Assembly: GCA_963782055.1 (NCBI GenBank)
Contig: CAWAIF010000003.1
Span: forward strand, 3,168,001-3,232,000
From: an uncultured delta proteobacterium
GTDB taxonomy: Bacteria; Myxococcota_A; Polyangia; Polyangiales; Polyangiaceae
DNA length: 64,000 nucleotides
Direction: 5' to 3'
Both the position numbers and the translations under genes were made by a program. This document shows positions 17,645-27,405 of the stretch, one piece after another. How positions within the stretch are numbered: position 1 is the stretch's first letter; each line of letters starts with the position of its first letter. The notes under the pieces were generated by a model. That model was not told the DNA's origin, did not search any database, and saw nothing but the letters and a program-made list of their open reading frames with translations.

Positions 17645-18586
17645 ATGAGCACCGCGCGGCCCGGCAGCGAGCTCGCTCGCATCGCGCTCCTGTCGGAGGT
17701 GCTGCGTGCCTCCGCGCCCGGCGTGGAGACGAGCATCGGCGACGACGCGGCGGTGCTGGCGCCCCCACCCGGGCAGAAGCTGGTGTGGACGGTGGACGCG
17801 CAGGTGGAGGGCGTTCACTTCGAGCGCCGGCTCCTCTCGTGGGCGGACGTGGGGTGGCGCGCGGTGATGGCGGCGGCGAGCGACATCGCGGCGATGGGGG
17901 CGTCGCCCTGGTGCGCGCTCGCGGCCCTGGAGCTGCCCGGCGATGTGGATGACGAGGTGCTGGAGGAGATCGCGCGCGGGCAGGCGGAGGCGGCGGCCGC
18001 GCTCGGCGCCCCGATCGTGGGCGGCAACCTGGCGCGCGGGCCGGTGCTGGCGATCACCACGACCTTCCTCGGCACGACGCCCGCGCCGGTGCATCGTGAG
18101 GGCGCGCGCGCGGGGGACGGCCTGTACGTCGCGGGGGGGCTTGGTCTGGCGGCGGCCGGGTTCCGTCTGCTGTCGCGCGGCGAGACGGCTCCGGACGAGC
18201 TCGCGGGGGCGTGGCGACGCCCGCGCGCCCTGGTCGTGGAGGGATTGCGCCTCGTGGGGGTGGCCCACGCGGCCGTGGACGTCTCCGACGGGCTGGCGCG
18301 GGACGTGGGGCACCTGGTGGCGTCGGGGGGCCTACGCGGCGTCCTGGACGCCGCCGCGCTGCGCGGGCGTGCTTCGCCGGCGCTGGCGAACGCAGCGGAT
18401 GCGCTGGGCGTGGATGTGCTCGAGCCGATGCTCGCCGGCGGGGAGGATTATGCGCTGGTCTGCGCGAGCCCGGTGCAGGTCGAGGGGTTCGCGCGGATCG
18501 GCCACGTCGAGGAGGGGGCGGGTGTGGTGGTTCTGGACGGAGGGCGCGAGCTGGAGGCGGGGGAGGGGTGGGACCACTTCGGGTAG
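17645..18586 (+). CDS. thiL: Thiamine-monophosphate kinase
   Basis: IGDDAAV, EGVHF, SDIAAMG, IVGGN, DVSDGL and GGEDYAL. Confidence 0.93.
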   Translation: MSTARPGSELARIALLSEVLRASAPGVETSIGDDAAVLAPPPGQKLVWTVDAQVEGVHFERRLLSWADVGWRAVMAAASDIAAMGASPWCALAALELPGDVDDEVLEEIARGQAEAAAALGAPIVGGNLARGPVLAITTTFLGTTPAPVHREGARAGDGLYVAGGLGLAAAGFRLLSRGETAPDELAGAWRRPRALVVEGLRLVGVAHAAVDVSDGLARDVGHLVASGGLRGVLDAAALRGRASPALANAADALGVDVLEPMLAGGEDYALVCASPVQVEGFARIGHVEEGAGVVVLDGGRELEAGEGWDHFG

Positions 18587-18617
18587 GCACGCCCGCGTCC
18601 AATCGTTAGCCCGCTCC

Positions 18618-19095
<478 letters not shown>

Positions 19096-19545
19096 TCAGA
19101 GGCCCTTGCAGACCGCCGGGATCGTCTTTCCGGTCAGCATCTGCCGCACCGGGGCGAACTCCGGGGCCTGGCCGCCCTTCTGGTTGCCGACGGCGAGCAC
19201 CACGCCGTCGCACAGGGTGGCCGCCTGCGTGATCTGCATGGCCTCGGGCGAGTTGCCCATCGTCTTGGCCTGCGAGCGCAGCGCGTTGCAGCACTGCTTG
19301 ATGCGCAGCTGGTTCGTGGTGAGCCCGCTGCCGTGATAGACGGGCTTCGCTGCGGCCTCTTCCTCCGCGGCGTCGCCCGCGTCGTCCTCGATGGGGGCGA
19401 GCACCGCTTCGGTCATCGTCGGCGTCGGCGTGGGCGCGGGGGCCGCGTCCTGCACAGGGTTGGTCTTCTTGGGACACCCGAACAGGACTACGGGCATGCA
19501 CACGGCGGCCAGCATGGCGAGGGCGGAGCGGCGCTTTCGGCTCAT
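19096..19545 (-). CDS. Hypothetical lipoprotein with Cys-containing C-terminal helical domain
   Basis: Basic N-terminus, lipobox VLFGC, PT-rich linker and CC...C...C pattern. Confidence 0.72.
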   Translation of the reverse strand: MSRKRRSALAMLAAVCMPVVLFGCPKKTNPVQDAAPAPTPTPTMTEAVLAPIEDDAGDAAEEEAAAKPVYHGSGLTTNQLRIKQCCNALRSQAKTMGNSPEAMQITQAATLCDGVVLAVGNQKGGQAPEFAPVRQMLTGKTIPAVCKGL

Positions 19546-19585
19546 GCGCCGAACGGTACAAGCACCGCCCGCCCAACTCAATGGG

Positions 19586-22500
19586 CTAGCTGCAGCCCAT
19601 CGAGTTGCCGCAGTTCAGGCACTTGTAGCAGGCGCCGTTGCGTACGGTGATGTGGCCGCAGACGTCGCACACCGGCGCGTCGCCCATCATCGCGTCGAGC
19701 TGCGCGTCCAGCGCGGACCCGCCGCCGGCCGCGGGGGCCTCCTCGATGCGCGTGGCGCCGAGGCCCTCGTTCATCGAGGCGCTGCGGGCGAGCGCCTCCG
19801 GCGTGTAGGCGAGGGTGGTGGACGCCAGGCGCTCCAGCTCGCCCGGCCTCATGGACGGCGGCTCGGCCTGGATGAGGCCCTCCGAGCGCTCGTCGACCGC
19901 CTTGTTCTCCGGCTCCGGCTTGACGTGCGCCAGGTCGTAGCGGTGCAGGTACTCCACGCCCAGCACCCGGAAGAGGTAGTCGACGATGGAGGTGGCGATC
20001 TTGATGTTGGGGTGACCCTCCACCGTGCCCTGCGGCTCGAAGCGGGTGAAGGTGAACTGCTCGACGTAGGTCTCCAGCGGCACGCCGTACTGCAGGCCGA
20101 CCGAGACGCTCATCGCGAAGCAGTTCATCAGGGAGCGGAAGGCCGCGCCCTCCTTGTGCATGTCGATGAAGATCTCCCCGAGCGAGCCGTCCTCGTACTC
20201 GCCGGTGCGCAGGAAGATCTTGTGGCCGCCGACGCGCGCCTCCTGGGTGAAGCCGCGACGCTTCTTCGGCAGGCGGACGCGGATGCCGTGCGGGCGGGTG
20301 AGGGGCAGCACGAGCTGCGTGGCGTCCTGCGGCTCGCCGGTCCGCGGCAGCGCGGCGAGCGGCGCATCGGCCTTGGCGTCCTTCTCCTTGCTGCTGGTGG
20401 AGAGCGGCTGCGAGGCCTTGCACCCGTCGCGGTAGAGCGCGACCGCCTTCAGCCCGAGGCGCCAGCCCTCCTCGTAGATCTTCTGCACCTCCTCGACCGT
20501 CGCCTCGTTGGGGAGGTTGACGGTCTTGGAGATGGCGCCGGAGAGGAAGGGCTGCGCGGACGCCATCATGCGGACGTGCGCCATCGGCTCCAGGAAGCGC
20601 TGGCCGATCTTGCCGCAGCGGTTGGCGCAATCGAACACCGGCTGGTGCTCGTCGCGCAGGTGGGGCGCGCCCTCGATCGTCATGCGGCCGACGATGACGT
20701 CGCTCGCCTCGTCGATCTCCTCGCGCGGGAAGCCGAGGTGCTCGAGCAGGGAGAAGCCCTTGCGGCCGCGCATCTCGGCGAAGGCGCCGAGGCGCTCGTA
20801 GGTCTCCTCGCCGAGGACCCACGCGGCGAGGGCGCTGTCCAGGTCGAAGACGCCGGGGATGGCGGCCTCCACCTTGGCCAGGTCGTCGTCGGTCAGTCCC
20901 TTCTCCTTGAGGGTGCGTCGGTTGATGTGCGGCGCGCCCAGCAGCGTGTTGGTGCCGCTGACGTAGGCCACGATCTCCTGCACCTCCGCCGGGGAGTAAC
21001 CGAGGCGGACGAGCGCGTGCGGGACCGACTGGTTGACGATCTTGAAGTAGCCGCCGCCGGCGAGCTTCTTGAACTTCACCAGCGCGAAGTCCGGCTCGAT
21101 GCCGGTGGTGTCGCAGTCCATCAGCAGACCGATGGTCCCCGTGGGCGCGAGCACGGTGGCCTGCGCGTTGCGGTAGCCGTGCTGCTCGCCCAGGCGGACG
21201 GCGATGTCCCAGTCCTCGCAGGCGGCGCGGTACAGCTCCTGCGGGCAGTGCTCGCGGTGGATGGCGTACGCCGCGTCGCGGTGCATGCCCATCACCCGGA
21301 GCATCGGCTCGCGGTTCTTGGCGAAGCCGGCGAAGGGGCCCTTGGTGGCCGCCATCTCCGCGCTGGCGCGGTAGGCGTGCCCGCACATGATCGAGGTGAG
21401 CGCCGCCGCGATGGCGCGGCCCTCGTCGCTGTCGTACGGGACACCGAGCTGCATCAGCAGGCTGCCCAGGTTGGCGTAGCCGAGGCCGAGGGGGCGGTAG
21501 TCGTGGCTGTTCTTGGCGATGTTCGCCGTGGGGTAGCTGGAGAGATCCACCAGGATCTCCTGCGCGACGAAGAAGACGCGGCACGCGTGGCGGTAGCCGT
21601 CCACGTCGAAGGAGCCGTCCTCCTGCAGGAACTTGGTGAGGTTGACGCTCGCCAGGTTGCAGGCCGAGTCGTCCACGAACATGTACTCCGAGCACGGGTT
21701 GGACGCGTTGATGCGCGACGTGTTCGGGCAGGTGTGCCACCGGTTGACGGTGGTGTCGTACTGCACGCCCGGGTCCGCGCAGGACCAGGCGGCCTCGGCG
21801 ATCTGGCGCCAGAGGTCCTTGGCGTCGTAGGTCTCGACCACCTCGTTGGTGGTGCGGGAGATCGTCTGCCACTTGCCGCCGGCGAGCGCGGCGCGCATGA
21901 ACTCGTCGGTCACGCGGACCGAGTTGTTGGAGTTCTGCCCGCTGATGGTGTGGTAGGCCTCGCCGTTGAAGTCGCTCGCGAAGCCGGCGGCGATGAGGGC
22001 GTGCGCCTTCTTCTCCTCGCGCACCTTCCAGTTGATGAAGTCGACAATCTCCGGGTGGTCCATGTCCAGGCAGACCATCTTCGCCGCACGGCGCGTGGTG
22101 CCGCCGCTCTTGGTGGCGCCCGCGGCGCGGTCGAACACCTCGAGGAAGCTCATGAGGCCGCTGGAGGTGCCCCCGCCGGAGAGCTTCTCCTGCTTGCCGC
22201 GGATGGCGCTGAAGTTGGTGCCGGTGCCGGAGCCGTACTTGAAGAGGCGCGCCTCGTTCTTGACGAGGTCGTAGATGCTCATCAGGTCGTCGGTGGCGGT
22301 CTGGATGAAGCACGCCGAGCACTGCGGGCGCTCGTAGGCGTTCTTCACCTCCGTCACGCCCTGATTCGAGCGCGTGTCCCAGGCCCAGTTGCCACCCTGG
22401 CCGACGATGCCGTAGGCGTGGAAGAGGCCGCAGTTGAACCACACCGGCGAGTTGAAGGCGCCGTACTGGTGGACCAGCAGCCAGGAGAGCTCCGCCTCGA

Positions 22501-23026
22501 AGGTATCGGCGTCGTCCTTGGTGGCGAAGTAGTCGCCGAACTTCTCGCCCGCCTCGCGGATGGTGTGCGCCACGCGGTAGACGACCTGCTGCACGCTGCG
22601 CTCGCCCACGCTCTTGTCGCCGTGGATGCCTGCCTTGCGGAAGTACTTGGAGATGACGATGTCGGTCGCGAGCTGGCTCCAGCCGGCCGGGATCTCCGCG
22701 CCCTCCATCTTGAAGACGATGGATCCGTCGGGGTTGGTGATGATGCTGGAGCGGCGCTCGTAGACGAGCGGCACGCCATCGGGGCCGGGAGCGCCCGCAT
22801 CGAGCGGGTCCACGCCGGCGCGCGTCAGGCGGCGCGGCATCGGCACGCCGCGGCCGCGGCGGGCTTCCTCGGACGCGCGGCGCCGGCCGGTGCCCTCGGT
22901 GCGGGTCTTGGCGTGCGTGTCGCGAGGCTCGACCCTCGAGGTCCCCTCCGAACGCTTGCTCTGCTGCTTGGCCCTTGCCACGCCGTTCCTCTTGCCGTGC
23001 GCTCCGAACTCCGACGACTGTGCCAT
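19586..23026 (-). CDS. nrdJ: Class II (adenosylcobalamin-dependent) ribonucleotide reductase
   Basis: [23 protein letters not shown] and APTGTIG, plus TSCPD domain and C-terminal CxxC...CxxC zinc ribbon. GGAGG SD before ATG 23026. Confidence 0.96.
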   Translation of the reverse strand: MAQSSEFGAHGKRNGVARAKQQSKRSEGTSRVEPRDTHAKTRTEGTGRRRASEEARRGRGVPMPRRLTRAGVDPLDAGAPGPDGVPLVYERRSSIITNPDGSIVFKMEGAEIPAGWSQLATDIVISKYFRKAGIHGDKSVGERSVQQVVYRVAHTIREAGEKFGDYFATKDDADTFEAELSWLLVHQYGAFNSPVWFNCGLFHAYGIVGQGGNWAWDTRSNQGVTEVKNAYERPQCSACFIQTATDDLMSIYDLVKNEARLFKYGSGTGTNFSAIRGKQEKLSGGGTSSGLMSFLEVFDRAAGATKSGGTTRRAAKMVCLDMDHPEIVDFINWKVREEKKAHALIAAGFASDFNGEAYHTISGQNSNNSVRVTDEFMRAALAGGKWQTISRTTNEVVETYDAKDLWRQIAEAAWSCADPGVQYDTTVNRWHTCPNTSRINASNPCSEYMFVDDSACNLASVNLTKFLQEDGSFDVDGYRHACRVFFVAQEILVDLSSYPTANIAKNSHDYRPLGLGYANLGSLLMQLGVPYDSDEGRAIAAALTSIMCGHAYRASAEMAATKGPFAGFAKNREPMLRVMGMHRDAAYAIHREHCPQELYRAACEDWDIAVRLGEQHGYRNAQATVLAPTGTIGLLMDCDTTGIEPDFALVKFKKLAGGGYFKIVNQSVPHALVRLGYSPAEVQEIVAYVSGTNTLLGAPHINRRTLKEKGLTDDDLAKVEAAIPGVFDLDSALAAWVLGEETYERLGAFAEMRGRKGFSLLEHLGFPREEIDEASDVIVGRMTIEGAPHLRDEHQPVFDCANRCGKIGQRFLEPMAHVRMMASAQPFLSGAISKTVNLPNEATVEEVQKIYEEGWRLGLKAVALYRDGCKASQPLSTSSKEKDAKADAPLAALPRTGEPQDATQLVLPLTRPHGIRVRLPKKRRGFTQEARVGGHKIFLRTGEYEDGSLGEIFIDMHKEGAAFRSLMNCFAMSVSVGLQYGVPLETYVEQFTFTRFEPQGTVEGHPNIKIATSIVDYLFRVLGVEYLHRYDLAHVKPEPENKAVDERSEGLIQAEPPSMRPGELERLASTTLAYTPEALARSASMNEGLGATRIEEAPAAGGGSALDAQLDAMMGDAPVCDVCGHITVRNGACYKCLNCGNSMGCS

Positions 23027-23467
23027 GTCTCCGCCTCCACATCCTGGAGTCCGAGGGGCGAGCCAGGTCTTGCTCAACTTGCCCATCGAACCTGTCCTTC
23101 GCAATGCGTCGCCGTCCGGGCTGCCCGGGCCGCGACCCCCACACAAAAAGAATTCGCCGCCGTCCCCCTCGGGACGGGTCTATCTCCCTCGGCTGCTTTC
23201 TCGACTCCGCCGGAGGCTCGCCGTCGTCCCCCGAACGCCGCGACACCGCGCGGGAGAGCCCCCCGGCGGCGCCCCCCGAGCCTGCGAGCCGGGGGGTGGT
23301 CCCTCTTTCTGGATGCCCGGCGCGCAAGCGCCGTGCAGAAGCTCAAGTGTTCAGTCTCTACGGATGACCAGCGGTGGGGCCCCCGGAAGGCGGACCTGCA
23401 GGGCGGGTCTGCGTGTCCGCGGGGGATGACTCATCCGTGCCGCCAGACGCGCGAGAGATTCGTATAA

Positions 23468-23516
23468 CCCCAACCTGTTGTGGCTGTCCACCAAATCGAC
23501 ACACCAGATATTGCGC
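23468..23516. promoter_or_regulatory. Tandem NrdR-box-like operators upstream of nrdJ
   Basis: CCCCAACCTGTTGTGG (23468-23483) and ACACCAGATATTGCGC (23501-23516) resemble the acaCwAtATaTwGtg consensus. Starts are 33 bp apart in an AT-enriched patch. Confidence 0.68.
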
Positions 23517-23698
23517 TTACAGAAGCGTACGGCGCCCTCCATCCGCACACCCCAACGCAAGGCCTCGGAAGCACTGAACTTCCGTCTCACGCTGAACACA
23601 GGACGCTGACAGGCCTTCCCGAGGTTGTTCAGGTTCTGTCCACAGAGGGCCGGCCGCACGCGGACCGCTAGCATGCTCGCGGTCCGACGCTTGACCCG

Positions 23699-25255
23699 TC
23701 AATGAGTGGGGGCCGCAGGCGCGCTGGCGCTCTGGGGGATGGTGCTCACCGTGGCGAACTCCTTCTCCGGGTCCACCACCACCACCTCGCCGAAGCGGGA
23801 GAGCGGCTTGGCGATCACGTCGGCGTCGCCTGCGACGATGATGAGCGAGGCGGAGGTCGGGAAGAGCACCTTGGCGGCGGCAGAGGCCTTCGCCACGTCC
23901 AGCGAGCGTACAGCCGCTCGGTACTGGTCCCAGTAGCCGTCCGGCAGCCCGAGCGTGTCCTGCACGGCGACCTGCTCGGCGATGGCGCCGACCGTCTCCA
24001 GCGCCACGGCGAAGATGTCGCTCAGGTAGCGCCCCGCCGTGTTCACCTCCGCCGCGGTGACGGGCTGGTGCGTGATGCGATCCATGTTCTCCAGGATGCC
24101 GCTCACCGAGGCGACGGTCTTGTCCGTCTGGGTGCCGGCGTAGGCGAACACCGGCTCCTCGCCGTGCGCCAGCGGGAGGATGCGCGCGTAGGTGCTGTAC
24201 GCGAGCGAGCGCTGCTCGCGCACGTCGGCGAAGAGGCGGCTCGCCACGCCACCGCCGAGGATCTGGCTGGCCACGCGCAGCGCCGGCCAGTCGGGGGTGT
24301 CGCGCGGCGGGGCCAGATTCGCCACGAAGATGTCGCTCTGCGCGCTCTTCGGGCGGCTGGCGACGATGACGCGCCGCTTGGCGGGAGCGATCGCAGCCGG
24401 GAAGCTGACCTTCGGCGGCTCGCCGCCCTTCCACGACCCGAGGGCCTTGACGACCTCGGCCTGCGCGGTGGGCAGGTCCACGTCGCCGGCGAAGATGATC
24501 TCGGTGTTCTTCGGGACGTAGAAGCGCTTGTGGAAGGAGCGCACGGTGCCGCCGTTGATCTTGGCGATCTCGCTCGGGAGAAGGTCGTAGGTCGCGTAGG
24601 GGTTCTTCGCCGAGTACAGCTCGCGGAACATCAGGCGCAGGGCCATCCACTGGCCGTTGGAGCGCTCCGCCTCCTCCGCCTCGTCGGTGCGGCGCGAGAG
24701 GAGCTTCTTGAGCTCGCCGGCGTCGAAGCGCGGGGCCTGCAGCACGGGGCCGAGGATCGCCATGGCGTCGGCGAGGTGCGACTTGGTCACGCCCAGGCCC
24801 AGCACCGAGCGATCGAAGTCCACGTCCACGCTGAGCGAGGCCCCCAGCGACTCGATGCGGCTCACCACCTGCTGCGGCGTCATGGGCCCGGCGCCGCCGT
24901 CCTTGAGCATCTCGGCGGTGATCTCGGCGGCGCCCGCCTGGCCGTAGCCCATGCCGGCGTGCACGAGCACGCGCACCTGGACGATCGGGAGGGCGTGGGC
25001 CTCGATGACCGCGACACGCAGCCCGTTGGGCAGCGTCGCGCGGTGGATGGCGGGGAAGGGCGACGGCTTGGAGGCGGAGGGCGGCGGCGGCTGCTCCGCC
25101 GCCGAGGTCGCGCTCTTGGCGGGGACCACGCCGGGGTAGATGGGGATGTCGGCGTGCTGCGGCCCCGTCGTGGCGGCGGCGCCGCCCCCGCACGCGCAGA
25201 CCAGGGCGAGCGTGCCGGTGACGGCGAAGCGGCCGGCGGTCTCGAAGCGGCGCAT
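23699..25255 (-). CDS. M16B family peptidase, non-catalytic subunit (probable lipoprotein)
   Basis: TLPNGLRV and ILGGGVASRLFADVREQRSLAYS. Lacks HxxEH. Signal/lipobox LVCAC. Confidence 0.88.
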   Translation of the reverse strand: MRRFETAGRFAVTGTLALVCACGGGAAATTGPQHADIPIYPGVVPAKSATSAAEQPPPPSASKPSPFPAIHRATLPNGLRVAVIEAHALPIVQVRVLVHAGMGYGQAGAAEITAEMLKDGGAGPMTPQQVVSRIESLGASLSVDVDFDRSVLGLGVTKSHLADAMAILGPVLQAPRFDAGELKKLLSRRTDEAEEAERSNGQWMALRLMFRELYSAKNPYATYDLLPSEIAKINGGTVRSFHKRFYVPKNTEIIFAGDVDLPTAQAEVVKALGSWKGGEPPKVSFPAAIAPAKRRVIVASRPKSAQSDIFVANLAPPRDTPDWPALRVASQILGGGVASRLFADVREQRSLAYSTYARILPLAHGEEPVFAYAGTQTDKTVASVSGILENMDRITHQPVTAAEVNTAGRYLSDIFAVALETVGAIAEQVAVQDTLGLPDGYWDQYRAAVRSLDVAKASAAAKVLFPTSASLIIVAGDADVIAKPLSRFGEVVVVDPEKEFATVSTIPQSASAPAAPTH

Positions 25256-26772
25256 CAGTGGCCTCCCTTCTTCTTCGTCGCGACGGCGGGCGCTTGCGCG
25301 CCCGGCTTGACCTCCACGCGCGACCGGCGCTCCGGTGTCAGGTACTTGGCCGCGACGCGGCGGATGTCCTCGGCGGTCACGGCGGAGTAGCGCGCGATCT
25401 CGTCGTTGAGCAGGTCGGCGTCGCCCCAGTACAGCTCGAAGCGGGCGAGCTGCTGCGCGCGAGCGAAGTTGGACTGCAGGCCGAAGAGGAAGTGCGCCTC
25501 CAGCCGGGTGCGCAGCTTCTCCATCTCCTTCGCGGTGGGGGGCGTGCGCTGCACGCGTGCGATCTCCGCGTCGATCGCCTTCTGCACCTGCGCGACCGTG
25601 GCGTGGGAGGCCACCTTGGCGGAGATCTCCAGGTAGTCCGGCCCGCGCAGATCGTCGGTGCCGGCGTCGACGTCCTGGGCGATGGCGCGCTCGCGCACGA
25701 GCTTCTGGTACAGGCGCGAGCTCTCGCCGTCGGCGAGGAGCATGCCGAGCATGGCGAGGGCGTAGTGGTCGGGCGTGTGTGTCGGCGGGATGGCCCAGCC
25801 GAGGAGGATCGCCGCGAGCTTGGCGTGCGCGTCCTCCACGGTGGCGTCGCGCGGGGCGGTCTGCGCGGGCAGGGCGCCGGGCTCGAAGGGGGGGACCTTC
25901 GGCTGCGGCTTGGCGGCGCCGAAGTACTTGGTGACGAGCTTCATGCACTCGTCGGGCTGGAAGTCGCCGGCGATGGAGAGCACGGCGTCGTTGGGCGCGT
26001 AGTACTCGTCGTGGAAGGCGCGCACCCACTGCAGCTGCGCGGCGTCCAGGTCGGCCATGGTGCCGATGGCGGGGTGCTCGTACGGCCAGTAGCCCTGGTA
26101 GACCATCGACTGCAGGCGCAGCTCGGCGGGGACGTACGGCGCGTTGGACACGCGCATGCGAAACTCCTCCTCGACGACCTTGCGCTGGTTTTCGAAGTTG
26201 GACTGCGAGATGTCGAGGGACTTCATGCGGTCCGCCTCCAGCCAGAGGGCGAGGGCGAGCTCGCTCTGCGGGAGCATCTCGTAGTAGTTGGTGCGGTCCT
26301 CGCTGGTGGAGCCGTTGAGGGTGCCGCCGTGGCTGGTGACCAGCTTGAAGTGCTCGCCGCGCGCCACGTTCTTCGAGCCCTGGAACATCATGTGCTCGAA
26401 GAGGTGCGCGAAGCCGGAGTGGCCGCGCTTCTCGTTGCGGCTGCCCACGTCGTAGACGACGTCCACCGCGACCGTCGGCGAGGTGTGGTCGGGGGACATG
26501 ACGACGCGCAGGCCGTTGTCCAGCTTGGCGCGCACGACGGGGAGCTTCGGCGCGTACATCGGGGGCAGGGCCGCGGTGGACGCGGCGGGGTGGTGCGCGG
26601 GCGCGGCCTTCGTCGCCGGCTTGGCGTGCGGTCTCGTCGCCGGCCTGGCCGCCGGCTTGGCGTGCGGCTTTGCGGCTGGCTTGGCGTGCGGCTTGGCCGC
26701 GGGTCCGGCGGCGAGCGCGAGGGCAGGGAAGAGGAGCGCTCCGAGGAGCGTGGAGAGGCGGGCCGTTCGCAT
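25255..26772 (-). CDS. M16B family Zn peptidase, catalytic subunit
   Basis: SGFAHLFEHMMFQGS (HxxEH), NGSTSEDRTNYY and VEEEFRMR. Signal peptide followed by KPHAKPAA repeats. Confidence 0.92.
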   Translation of the reverse strand: MRTARLSTLLGALLFPALALAAGPAAKPHAKPAAKPHAKPAARPATRPHAKPATKAAPAHHPAASTAALPPMYAPKLPVVRAKLDNGLRVVMSPDHTSPTVAVDVVYDVGSRNEKRGHSGFAHLFEHMMFQGSKNVARGEHFKLVTSHGGTLNGSTSEDRTNYYEMLPQSELALALWLEADRMKSLDISQSNFENQRKVVEEEFRMRVSNAPYVPAELRLQSMVYQGYWPYEHPAIGTMADLDAAQLQWVRAFHDEYYAPNDAVLSIAGDFQPDECMKLVTKYFGAAKPQPKVPPFEPGALPAQTAPRDATVEDAHAKLAAILLGWAIPPTHTPDHYALAMLGMLLADGESSRLYQKLVRERAIAQDVDAGTDDLRGPDYLEISAKVASHATVAQVQKAIDAEIARVQRTPPTAKEMEKLRTRLEAHFLFGLQSNFARAQQLARFELYWGDADLLNDEIARYSAVTAEDIRRVAAKYLTPERRSRVEVKPGAQAPAVATKKKGGH

Positions 26773-26853
26773 GGGGATCCCTGTTAGCACCGACCGGCGT
26801 GGAGGGTGAGGAGGAAGCCGAGAGGGCGCGGGCGGCGTGGTGGCCGCCGCTCC

Positions 26854-27405
26854 TCAAGGAACGAAGGACAGCGGACCTTCCCGCAGCAGCAAGAAAAAGC
26901 TGGGGGTGCCCACGCGGAAGACGCCAAGGTCGACGTAGGACCAGCCGAGCAGCGCGTCCACCCGGCCGGGCTCGACCGCCACGAGGGGATCGCGGACGCG
27001 CCGCCCGAAGAAGGCGTTGCGCGGCACGTCGTAGTCGATGAGCAGGGCCTGGTCGTACGGACCGGGCATGCGCACGCCCTTCGCCTCCCGCACGAGGTAG
27101 TGGCCGAAGGTCCAGGGCTCGCCGCGCTTCTGCTTCGGCACGGCGGGGCCGCCGATGCCGTGCTGCTCCATCCGCACGTTCCACCCGCGCAGCGCGCCGG
27201 TGTCCGGATCGCGACGGAAGGTCTTGCGGAAGGTCTTCCAGGAGAGGCGCTCCATCCACGCGGGGAGGCCGAGGCTGATGCCGGCGTACTCGGTGTCGTC
27301 GAGCGCCGCCGGCTCGATGGGGTGTCCGGCGGCGAGGGCGGCCCGCAGGGCGCGGCCCTTCATCGGCAGGAAGCGCTCCACGAGCCCCTTCTGGTCGTCG
27401 TTCAT
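26854..27405 (-). CDS. Hypothetical protein
   Basis: ATG 27405 overlaps the stop of the S9 peptidase. Globular-looking sequence with typical codon usage. Confidence 0.65.
   Translation of the reverse strand: MNDDQKGLVERFLPMKGRALRAALAAGHPIEPAALDDTEYAGISLGLPAWMERLSWKTFRKTFRRDPDTGALRGWNVRMEQHGIGGPAVPKQKRGEPWTFGHYLVREAKGVRMPGPYDQALLIDYDVPRNAFFGRRVRDPLVAVEPGRVDALLGWSYVDLGVFRVGTPSFFLLLREGPLSFVP

Noticed and set aside
19586..23026. Intein or intron in nrdJ
   Set aside because: No intein boundary motifs or homing-endonuclease insert were seen, and the RNR motifs are continuous.
23040..23110. Cobalamin riboswitch upstream of nrdJ (AAGACCTGGC on the minus strand)
   Set aside because: Only a partial resemblance to the B12 box. 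I could not find the other conserved elements; it needs an Rfam scan.
19391..23467. 1358-aa plus-strand ORF and many other long antisense or alternate-frame ORFs
   Set aside because: These are shadow ORFs of real high-GC genes (here nrdJ), with Arg/Gly/Ala-rich or antisense-typical composition and no motifs.
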